From: Clostridiaceae bacterium
GTDB taxonomy: Bacteria; Bacillota; Clostridia; TANB77; CAG-508
Reading direction: 5' to 3'
DNA length: 64,000 nucleotides
Assembly: GCA_012513065.1 (NCBI GenBank)
Contig: JAAZCX010000012.1
Coordinates: forward strand, 31,938 to 95,937
Part shown: one piece after another, positions 1 to 8,822 of the stretch
Numbering within the stretch: position 1 is the stretch's first letter
Layout: every line of letters starts with the position of its first letter
The notes under the pieces: model-generated
Seen by the model: only the letters and a program-made list of their open reading frames with translations
The model's database searches: none
Told to the model about the DNA's origin: nothing
Program-made: the position numbers and the translations under genes

Positions 1-1180
1 TATCATTAAATAATTCTCTAGATACAGCTCCATGAAGTTTACTTACTCCATTTTTCTTTCCTGCTATTTTTAATGCTAATATTCCCATGTTAAATCCAGC
101 ATTTGTCTTTGGATTTGGTTCCATTCCCATTTTTAAAAATTCTTCTTTTGTTATTCCAAGTCTATCCCAATATCCTTTAAAATATTTTTCAACTAAATCT
201 AATGGAAAAATATCATTTCCTGCTGGTACTGGTGTATGAGTTGTAAATACAGTTTGAGAAGATACTATATCTTTTGCCATTTCATATGATACTTCTTTTT
301 CTTTCATTACATTCTTAATTAATTCAATTATTAAAAATGATGAATGTCCTTCATTCATATGATATACAGTTGGTTTTAATCCTAATTCTTTTAATAATCT
401 TACTCCTGCCATACCAAGAACTATTTCTTGAGATATACGAATTTCTTGATCTCCACCATATAAAGTGGTTGTAATATTTCTATATTCTTCGTGGTTTTCT
501 TCTATATCAGAATCTAATAAATATAGATTTATTCTTCCTACATTTATTTTCCATACTTTTAAATATAATCTTCTCTTTGGAAATTTAACGTATATTGTTA
601 AATCTTTACCATTTTCATCTTTTACAGGTTTTATTGGAAGTGAAGCTATATCTACTTTTTTATATTCAGTTTCTTGATCTCCATATCCATTAATTTTTTG
701 GTGAAAATATCCATTTTTATATAATAATCCTACTGCTACCAAAGGAATTCCTAAATCGCTTGCAGATTTCAAATGATCTCCAGATAAAATTCCTAGTCCT
801 CCAGAATAAATAGATAATATTTGATCTAATCCATATTCAGCTGAGAAATATGCAATTAAATCATTTTTATTATCTTGATAATTTCTTAAAAACCATGTTG
901 ATTTACTATCTTCATAATTTTCAAAATTTTCTACAATTTTATCATATTCTCTTAAAAAGTCTTGATTTTTTGAAATTTCTTCTAGTTTTTCTTGTGATAC
1001 TAATTTTAAGAATTTAACTGGATTTTTTTCAATAGTCTCCCATAAATCATTATCTATTTGTTTAAACAACTTTAAAAAATCAACATTCCATGACCACCAT
1101 AAATTGGTTGCAATATCATCTAATTTTTCTATTCTTTTTGGTAATTGTGGATTGACGGTTATCTTATTAAACACGTACAT
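1..1180 (-). CDS. glgP: Alpha-glucan (glycogen) phosphorylase, 3' part beyond window edge
   Basis: Manual translation from ATG at 1180 (GGAGG RBS): MYVFNKITVNPQLPKRIEKL...NLWWSW...AYFSAEYG...YSGGLGILSGDHLKSASDLG...HMNEGHSSF...FTTHTPVPAGND; not in the ORF track because it runs off the window. Confidence 0.92.
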   Translation of the reverse strand, partial: MYVFNKITVNPQLPKRIEKLDDIATNLWWSWNVDFLKLFKQIDNDLWETIEKNPVKFLKLVSQEKLEEISKNQDFLREYDKIVENFENYEDSKSTWFLRNYQDNKNDLIAYFSAEYGLDQILSIYSGGLGILSGDHLKSASDLGIPLVAVGLLYKNGYFHQKINGYGDQETEYKKVDIASLPIKPVKDENGKDLTIYVKFPKRRLYLKVWKINVGRINLYLLDSDIEENHEEYRNITTTLYGGDQEIRISQEIVLGMAGVRLLKELGLKPTVYHMNEGHSSFLIIELIKNVMKEKEVSYEMAKDIVSSQTVFTTHTPVPAGNDIFPLDLVEKYFKGYWDRLGITKEEFLKMGMEPNPKTNAGFNMGILALKIAGKKNGVSKLHGAVSRELFND

Positions 1181-1286
1181 TTTTCTTTATATCCTCCTTT
1201 GTAAATTAACACATTTTATTCATTTGTTTTTTCTTTTTTTATTATCTATTAAGTTACTGTATTTGTCAAACGTTTTTATTGTTTTT

Positions 1287-2588
1287 TTATAAAATTTCTT
1301 TCTTACTGTATTCTTCTGGTTTTAAACCTACAGTTCCTCTCATGTAATCTAATAATAATACTATTGCTATTACAAATATACATCCTATTATTATTGTTGA
1401 ATATGTTATTGATATATAATTTAATATATATGAAGCTCCAAATACTAAACAAGATGCAATCGCATTTTCACATAGATTATTTGTAGTTGCTATTTTTATC
1501 CTTTTTTCGCTATTAGTAAAATTATTAAAATATTGTTTTATTAATACATAATAAGGACCCTTCATTATATATTGTATGATAAATAATCCAAATATTAATA
1601 CAATTGTTGTCATCTCAGAGAATTTACATAGCATAATTACACCCATTAACAAGCACGAAATTGCTGTTGGAATTGACAAAAATGCTAAAGTTTTATTTCT
1701 ATGCTTTTTATGTATTCTTCCTTGGCATTTAGCTGCAATTCCTGTAACAATTCCAAGTATTGCAAATATAATACCAAAATATTGCTCAGGCATTCCTATT
1801 TCTATTAAAACTGTATTTCTTAAGTTTTGCAAAATTTTAATTAAACCAATAAAAACTGCATTAATTAAAACTAAACTCCTTAATCTTTTTGATATAAAAA
1901 CATTCTTCAAACCAAACCTTATAGATTTTATTTCTTCTCTTATATGCATTTTTCCTTTTTCTTTATGAATTTCTTCAAATTTTGCTGATAGTAAGAAACA
2001 TAATAATGATATTATAAAACATAATGCCATTGGAATATAAGGATTAATAACAAATAAAAATCCTGATAATATAGCCGAAATAGCATCTATAAAATAATAT
2101 CTAGAATTTGCTTTTCCATCTATTTTAGCAAATTTAATTCCTCTGTTTTCTCCATGTTCTATAGAATCATATAGCATATCACTCTCACATGTAGATTTAA
2201 TTACAAATGAAAAGGCACATAATAATTGTGAAATTAAAAGTATTTCAAAATCAGGTGCATACATTATAAATAATACATGTATTGCAGTAATAAAATTTGC
2301 TAAAATCAAACTTTTTCTTTTTCCTATTTTTTGTATTATTAAAGTACATGGTATCTGTGTTAAAAATTTAAATAATATATAGAACGCTTCAAATTGTAAT
2401 ACCTGTGCTGGTGTTATTTTCTTTTCTATTGTTAGAAATAAATATATAATCGCATAGTAGAATAATAAATCCCATGAAAAAATACGATATTTTGAATATA
2501 TTTTTATATTATTCTTCTTTTTTTGTTCTACTTCTTTTTCTTCTTTTGTTAATTCGATTGTTTCTTCTAAAACAACTTCTTTTTCCAT
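1287..2588 (-). CDS. MFS transporter
   Basis: 433 aa, about 12 hydrophobic segments, motif-A-like QKIGKRKSL. Confidence 0.75.
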   Translation of the reverse strand: MEKEVVLEETIELTKEEKEVEQKKKNNIKIYSKYRIFSWDLLFYYAIIYLFLTIEKKITPAQVLQFEAFYILFKFLTQIPCTLIIQKIGKRKSLILANFITAIHVLFIMYAPDFEILLISQLLCAFSFVIKSTCESDMLYDSIEHGENRGIKFAKIDGKANSRYYFIDAISAILSGFLFVINPYIPMALCFIISLLCFLLSAKFEEIHKEKGKMHIREEIKSIRFGLKNVFISKRLRSLVLINAVFIGLIKILQNLRNTVLIEIGMPEQYFGIIFAILGIVTGIAAKCQGRIHKKHRNKTLAFLSIPTAISCLLMGVIMLCKFSEMTTIVLIFGLFIIQYIMKGPYYVLIKQYFNNFTNSEKRIKIATTNNLCENAIASCLVFGASYILNYISITYSTIIIGCIFVIAIVLLLDYMRGTVGLKPEEYSKKEIL

Positions 2589-2708
2589 TATATTTTCTCC
2601 TATTTTTTCCTATGTTGTTTGAATTATATCAAACCTATTTTTTTTATGCAATATCACTTACTATATTTTATTTTTATTTTTAATATATATATATATTAAA
2701 AAATAACA

Positions 2709-3579
2709 TTATTTATATTCTTCTAATATATCTTGCATACAAGTTATACATTTTGCGCCTTGCTTTATCAATTCATTTGTTCCTTCTGAATTTATATTTG
2801 TTATATTTCCGTGGAACTGTAAAAACATTTTTTCCTTGTTCTAATGCAAAATCTACAGTTATCATAGTTCCACTTTTTTTCTTTGCTTCTATAACTATAA
2901 TTCCTGAAGATATCCCACTAATTATTCTGTTTCTTGCTGGAAAATTTAATTTTGAAGGTTTTGTTCCTAAAGGATATTCTGATATAATAGTTCCTCCTCT
3001 TTTTATAATTTCATTTGCTAAATTTATATTTTCATAAGGATAAATAAAATCTAGCCCACTTCCTATTACTGCTATTGTTTTTCCGTTTGCTAATATTGTT
3101 GCTTTATGTGAAATACTGTCTATACCTTTTGCAAGTCCGCTTATTGTTATAATATTATTTTTAACTAATGATTTTGCTATTGTTTCTGCTACTTGTTTTC
3201 CATAACTTGAATTTTCTCTACATCCAATCATTCCTAAAGAAAACTGATTTAAATTTTCCTTATTTCCTTTGACATATAAACAAATAGGTTTATCATAAAT
3301 TTGTTGTAAGTTTATAGGATATTCTGTATCTTTTATTGTAATTAGTGAAACATTTTGTTTTTTAAGTTTATTTTTTTCTTTTTCTAGATTTTTTCTATAT
3401 CTAATATCTAAAATTTCATTTATATTTTTTTCAGTTAACCATTGTAGTTTTAATAAATTCTGTTTTTTTAATTCAAAAATTTTTTTGGGCTCTTTATATA
3501 TTTCTAATAATTTTTGAATTTTCACACTACCTAAACTTTTTATTTTTGAAATCCATATCCAATAATTTATTTCTTCCAT
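2709..3579 (-). CDS. dprA: DNA-processing protein DprA, needs +1 shift at CCA-CGGA (2811-2808)
   Basis: ISGLAKGID, FPARNRIISG, ALEQG motifs; skipping the C restores VFTVPGNITNINSEGTNELIKQGAK...EEYK* ending at 2709. Confidence 0.92.
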
Positions 3580-3622
3580 ATTTATATCCTCCTTATTATA
3601 TATTTTTATTTAAAAAGTAAAC

Positions 3623-3654
3623 AAAAAGGGCTTAATTAAAAATTAAGCCCTTTT
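3623..3654 (-). terminator. Rho-independent terminator after folD
   Basis: Inverted repeat AAAAGGGCTTAATT / AATTAAGCCCTTTT. Confidence 0.75.
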
Positions 3655-3670
3655 ATATATTTATTTTTTC

Positions 3671-4525
3671 TTACATTTTATCTTTTTCTATGTATTTTGT
3701 TGCAATAACAACATTATGTAGTAGCATAGCAATTGTCATAGGTCCAACTCCACCTGGTACTGGAGTAATATAAGATGCTTTTTCTTTCACTTTTTCAAAA
3801 TCCACATCTCCTACTAATCCTTCTTCTAATCTGTTAATTCCTACATCTATTACAACTGCTCCTTTTTTTATCATGTTTTCTTTAACAAATCTTGGTTTTC
3901 CAATTGCACTAATAACTATATCAGCATTTTTAGTGATTTCTTCTATATTTTTTGTTTTTGAATGACATATTGTAACTGTTGCATCTTCATTTAATAAACA
4001 TTGTGATAAAGGTTTTCCTACTATGTTACTTCTACCTAATATTACTACATTTGCACCTTTTAAATTTATTTTATATTGTTCAAATAATTTCATTACTCCA
4101 TATGGTGTACATGAAATAAATGTATATCTCTTTAATGCAAGTCTTCCTATATTAATTGGATTAAATCCATCTACATCTTTTCTAAAATCTATTGTTTCAA
4201 ATGCTGTATATATATCTAATTGATTAGGTATAGGACTTTGAAGTAATATTCCATGAATATCATCTCTACTATTTAGTTTTTCTATAACTTCTAGTAATTC
4301 TTCCATTTTAATATTTTCATCAAGTAAGAATTCTTCATATTCTATTCCAACTTCTTTGCATGCCTTATTCTTGCTTTTTACATATACTTTAGATGCCAAA
4401 TCATTTCCTACCATAATAACTGCAAGTTTTGGAAAAATATTTTTTTTATTTAATTTTTCTACTTCTTCTTTTATTTCAGCTCTTATTTTTTTTGAAAGTT
4501 CTTTTCCATCCATTATAATTGCCAT
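3671..4525 (-). CDS. folD: Methylenetetrahydrofolate dehydrogenase/cyclohydrolase
   Basis: KDVDGF, GRSNIVGKP, TPVPGGVGPMT motifs. Confidence 0.96.
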   Translation of the reverse strand: MAIIMDGKELSKKIRAEIKEEVEKLNKKNIFPKLAVIMVGNDLASKVYVKSKNKACKEVGIEYEEFLLDENIKMEELLEVIEKLNSRDDIHGILLQSPIPNQLDIYTAFETIDFRKDVDGFNPINIGRLALKRYTFISCTPYGVMKLFEQYKINLKGANVVILGRSNIVGKPLSQCLLNEDATVTICHSKTKNIEEITKNADIVISAIGKPRFVKENMIKKGAVVIDVGINRLEEGLVGDVDFEKVKEKASYITPVPGGVGPMTIAMLLHNVVIATKYIEKDKM

Positions 4526-4735
4526 ATGTATTTTCTCCTCTTTTTTATGTATTATATATTAGTATTTTTTTATTTACAATAGTTTTTTATGAGTTATATT
4601 TTTTTATTATTTAATTTGTCAAAATTAGTAATTTGTAGTATTACGTTTTTATTTTCACTTATGTACCTTGAAAGAATAACATATTCTTTCAAGTATATAA
4701 ATAGTAAGCTTACGTTCTAAGAGGTCTATTTATAT

Positions 4736-4966
4736 TTAGCAACATTTCTCTTTATTACAGATTATTATAATAATTCTAATTAATATTAGGATTGCTAATA
4801 TTATAGTTAATGTGATAAACGCACCTAATGCTAAAGCAGCAAATATTCCAGTTGTTGCTCCTATAATAATACCTAGTACGAAAGTAAAGAAAATTGATAA
4901 TATATATATTACTAAATCTATGCAACAGCATTTTCTTTTTGGACAATTTTTTATTTCGTCAAACAT
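4736..4966 (-). CDS. Small Cys-rich membrane protein
   Basis: GGAGGTG RBS before ATG 4966; two hydrophobic helices flanked by CCC and CC. Confidence 0.6.
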   Translation of the reverse strand: MFDEIKNCPKRKCCCIDLVIYILSIFFTFVLGIIIGATTGIFAALALGAFITLTIILAILILIRIIIIICNKEKCC

Positions 4967-5085
4967 ATTTTTCACCTCCACAATAGTATAAAAATACTAT
5001 TAATATATAATATGCATGATTTTATTTTCTTTTACATTTTATTCTATTTTTTTACATTTTTATTCTTTTTTCTATTTTATTTTTA

Positions 5086-6294
5086 TTAATCTTTAAATTT
5101 TATATTTGTATCTATTTTTAATTTTCCTGCTCTTGTAATTGATTGATAACCATATTTTTCTTTTATCTCATCTACAACACTATCTATCTTTTTTTGTTTC
5201 TCTTGTTCAGAATTTTCAAAAAGTGAAATTTGTCTTACTTCCTTTTCAATTAGTTGTTCAACTCTTATTCCTATTAATCTTATTGGTGTTCCATTATAAA
5301 TATGTTGTAACAATTCTTTTGATACTTTTTGTATTATTTTAGTACTATCTGTTGCAAATTCCAACTTTTTTTGATGTGATATAACTTTAAATTCATTTGT
5401 TTTTAATTGTACACTTACTACATTTGTTAGCATTTCACTTTTTCTTAATCTATATGTTACGTGTTCTACTAATGTAATTAATACTTCTTCAATTTTATTT
5501 ATATCATTGTAATCATATGGAAGAGTAATAGAATTACCTATACCTTTTGGCTTTTCTACAATATAATTTACTTGTGATGTATCTATTCCATTTGCATATT
5601 CCCATATCATTTTCCCATATTTTCCAAATACTCTTATTAGGTTTTTTTGATCTTTATCGGCTAAATCTCCTATAGTTTTTATACCCATTTTCTGAAGTTT
5701 TAATAAACTTCTTCTTCCAACCATAAAAAGTTCTGATATTGGTAGTATCCACATTTTTTCTTTTATTTCATTTTTCCAAAGTGTATGTATTTTATCTGGT
5801 TTTTCAAAATCAGATGCCATTTTTGCAAGAAGTTTATTTTCTGATATTCCTATGTTTACAGTAAAACCAAATTCTTCTTTAACTCTTTTATTTATTTCAG
5901 ATGCTATATTATATATTGTCTTTCCTTTTGGAATATATCCTGTTATATCTAAAAAACATTCATCAATAGAATATCTTTCTATTTTATCTGTATAATCTAG
6001 TAATAAGTTGTATATTCCATCTGAATATTTTTTATATACATTAAAATCTCCATGAAATACTTTAATGTTAGGACATTTCTTTCGTGCAAAAAATATTGGT
6101 TCTCCTGTTTGTATTCCTAATTGTTTAGCAATTATACTTTTAGCTAACACTATACCTCTTCTTTGTTTTTCATCTCCACCTATAATAGAGGGAATAGTTC
6201 TTATATCTAACTTTTCCCCATTTATTAATTTATCCACTGCTGTCCAAGATAAAAATGCATTATTAACATCTACATGTAAAATTTGTTTTTCCAT
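5086..6294 (-). CDS. dinB: DNA polymerase IV (Y family)
   Basis: LHVDVNNAF, YSIDECFLD, NKLLAKMAS motifs, C-terminal QISLF clamp-binding motif. Confidence 0.93.
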   Translation of the reverse strand: MEKQILHVDVNNAFLSWTAVDKLINGEKLDIRTIPSIIGGDEKQRRGIVLAKSIIAKQLGIQTGEPIFFARKKCPNIKVFHGDFNVYKKYSDGIYNLLLDYTDKIERYSIDECFLDITGYIPKGKTIYNIASEINKRVKEEFGFTVNIGISENKLLAKMASDFEKPDKIHTLWKNEIKEKMWILPISELFMVGRRSLLKLQKMGIKTIGDLADKDQKNLIRVFGKYGKMIWEYANGIDTSQVNYIVEKPKGIGNSITLPYDYNDINKIEEVLITLVEHVTYRLRKSEMLTNVVSVQLKTNEFKVISHQKKLEFATDSTKIIQKVSKELLQHIYNGTPIRLIGIRVEQLIEKEVRQISLFENSEQEKQKKIDSVVDEIKEKYGYQSITRAGKLKIDTNIKFKD

Positions 6295-6317
6295 CTTTAT
6301 ATTTAACTCCTATACTT

Positions 6318-6347
6318 ATTATAGAACATATGTTTTTATATTGTCAA
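6318..6347 (-). promoter_or_regulatory. Sigma-A promoter of dinB with overlapping LexA (SOS) box
   Basis: Minus-strand TTGACA (6347-6342), 18 nt, TATAAT (6323-6318); GAAC-ATAT-GTTT at 6324-6335 resembles the Firmicutes GAAC-N4-GTTC box. Confidence 0.7.
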
Positions 6348-6418
6348 TACTTTACAAAAACATATTTTTGCTATAAAATATAATATATTATATTTTATAA
6401 GATATAGGAGATTTTTAT

Positions 6419-6843
6419 ATGTATAACTTTATTTCTAAAAGTGAACAAGATACAATTACTTTTGCAAAAGATTTTGCAAAAGATTTAAAAAAAGGTGATA
6501 TTATTGTTTTAACAGGTGAACTTCGGATCTCGGAAAAACTAAATTTACACAAGGTATTTTAAGTTATTTTGATTTAGAAAATGAAATTTCTAGTCCAACT
6601 TTTACTATTGTAAATGAATATCACAAAAATAATGTTAATATATATCATTTTGACGTTTATAGATTAGAAGATACTGATGAATTTTATGCAATGGGCGGAG
6701 AAGAATATTTTGAAAATGGTATTTGTATAATTGAATGGGGTGAACAAATAGAAACAATTCTTCCAAAAGGTTATACTAAAATATCTTTTAATAAATTAGA
6801 CGAGAATGAAAATTTTAGAGAATTAAAAATAGAGAAAATGTAA
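6419..6843 (+). CDS. tsaE: t6A biosynthesis ATPase TsaE, needs two +1 shifts (CGGA at 6524-6527 and 6531-6534)
   Basis: Absent from ORF track. AGGAG RBS, ATG 6419; GGT GAA CTT CGGA TCT CGGA AAA ACT gives GELGSGKT Walker A, then SPTFTIVNEY, YHFDVYRL, IEWG, TAA at 6843. Confidence 0.93.
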
Positions 6844-6883
6844 CCTTTATACATTTTCTCTATTTTTAAGTTTTATTATCATA

Positions 6884-7270
6884 TTAATTTTGATTTGCTT
6901 CAATTCTATTTTTTATTATTTCTATTTCATTTTTATGATTATCAATTAAATTTCTTAAATTGTCTATTTGTTCTTGGTATAACTCTCTTAATTTAGATAC
7001 ATCTTCACTAGATATATCTTTTTCATCTATTTGTCTATATCTTATCATATCTTGTAATTTAAATAATCTTATTCTTTCAGGGTCTTCTTCTATCTTTATG
7101 CCTTTAATAAATTCATTTTTTTCATCTTCTTCATTTTTTAATTTTTCTTCATCTTCTACTATTTCTTCTACTTCTTCAAAAAATAAATTTTCAAGGAAAC
7201 TCTTTATTTTATTTTTTATTCTACTAAAAAATGTTTGATTTTTTACTAATAATTCTTTATCTTTTGACAT
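6884..7270 (-). CDS. Hypothetical coiled-coil protein
   Basis: 128 aa charged ORF with GAGG RBS. Confidence 0.55.
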   Translation of the reverse strand: MSKDKELLVKNQTFFSRIKNKIKSFLENLFFEEVEEIVEDEEKLKNEEDEKNEFIKGIKIEEDPERIRLFKLQDMIRYRQIDEKDISSEDVSKLRELYQEQIDNLRNLIDNHKNEIEIIKNRIEANQN

Positions 7271-7286
7271 GGTTTTCCTCTTTTCT

Positions 7287-7427
7287 TTATCTTGATTTTT
7301 CTTCTTCTAATTCTTTCTCTTGTTTTTTATATTCTTGTAATAATTTATTTGTTTCTTGTTCTTCTTTTTCTAATTTCTGCTTTTCTTGGTCTAATTCTAA
7401 TAATGTTTTTTGTTTATTTTCTTCCAT
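7287..7427 (-). CDS. Small hypothetical coiled-coil protein
   Basis: AGGAG RBS before ATG 7427; E/K/Q-rich 46 aa. Confidence 0.45.
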   Translation of the reverse strand: MEENKQKTLLELDQEKQKLEKEEQETNKLLQEYKKQEKELEEEKSR

Positions 7428-7628
7428 CTTCTTATCTCCTATAATTTTATATTTTACTAAAAATATCACATATATTCATTTAATTCAATAATATTATTTT
7501 TTTGTCATATAAAAATAATATTACTGTCATATATTTGTAAAGTTTTCTTTTGTAAAAATGGTTTACAAATCGCTGTTATTAATATAAAATGTAAATTGAA
7601 AAAATAGAAATAAAAAGAGGTAATAATT

Positions 7629-8346
7629 TTGAAAATATTAGCAATTGATACTTCTTCTAAAATATGTTCTGTATCTGTTTTAGAAGATACTGATATAATT
7701 ATAGAAAAACATATTAGTGATGAGCTTACTCATTCGCAAAAACTTATGCCATTAATAGATAAAATTTTAAAAGAAACAAATCTTAAATTATCTGATTTTA
7801 ATCTTTTTACTTGTTCTGTTGGTCCTCGGTTCTTTTACAGGAGTTCGTATAGGTGTTTCTACAGTTAAAGCTTTTTGTGATATAACTTCTATTCCTGCTG
7901 TTGGAATTAATTCTTTAGAGGGTTTAGCTTATAATGGTTTAAATTCAAATTATATAAATAAAACTAATCTAATTTGCTCAATTATTGATGCGAAAAATGA
8001 TAATGTATACTTTGGAATGTTTGAAAAAGATAATAATAATACTTTTTCTTGTATATTTGAACCTAGCGCTCAAAATATAGATGATGCAATTAAACAATTG
8101 AAAAAATATCATTCATCACATATTTTATTTATAGGTGACGGAGCTGAAAAATATCAATATTTAATTTCACAAATTTTCTCAAAAGCTACTTTCGTTGAAG
8201 ATAAGCACAATTCTCAAACATCAACTAGTTTTGGAAAAGCTGCTTTTCATCATTATCAAATGTTAGATTATGGAGATTCTAATTCTATTATACCTATGTA
8301 TTTAAAAAAATCACAAGCAGAACGTGCTTTGGAAGGTGAAAAATAG
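7629..8346 (+). CDS. tsaB: t6A biosynthesis protein TsaB, needs +1 shift at CCT-CGGT (7827-7830)
   Basis: MKILAIDTSS...HSQKLMP; GGT CCT CGGT TCT TTT ACA GGA GTT CGT ATA GGT gives signature GPGSFTGVRIG; IDAKN, FIGDG, PMYLK in downstream frame. Confidence 0.93.
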
Positions 8347-8347
8347 A

Positions 8348-8800
8348 ATGATAGATTTAGAAAAAATTAAAATTTGTCAAATGACTTTATATGATTTAGA
8401 AGAACTTAAAGATGTTCTTTTAAGTGACTTTGATGATTTCTGGAATTTTCAAATATTTAAAGACGAACTTGTAAATACTAATTCCAAATATTTTTTATTG
8501 CGTTATGATACTGAAATTGTTTGTTTAGGCGGAATAAAAATTATTTTAGATGAAGCAAATATAATGAATATTATAACTAAGAAAAATAAACGTAATAATG
8601 GTTTTGCAAAATTTTTATTAAATTCATTAATTGATATTTCAAAAGAATTTAAATGTAAAACTATAACTTTAGAAGTAAATGAAAATAATACTTCTGCAAT
8701 TTCTTTATATAAACATTTTAACTTTGAGGAAGTTGGCAAAAGAAAGAAATATTATAAAAATGGTGATACTGCTATTTTAATGACACATAAGATTAATTAA
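8348..8800 (+). CDS. rimI: Ribosomal-protein-alanine N-acetyltransferase (GNAT)
   Basis: LEVNENN, AISLY, GKRKKYY motifs; follows tsaB. Confidence 0.85.
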   Translation: MIDLEKIKICQMTLYDLEELKDVLLSDFDDFWNFQIFKDELVNTNSKYFLLRYDTEIVCLGGIKIILDEANIMNIITKKNKRNNGFAKFLLNSLIDISKEFKCKTITLEVNENNTSAISLYKHFNFEEVGKRKKYYKNGDTAILMTHKIN

Positions 8801-8822
8801 AAATATATTAAAGGAGAAACTT

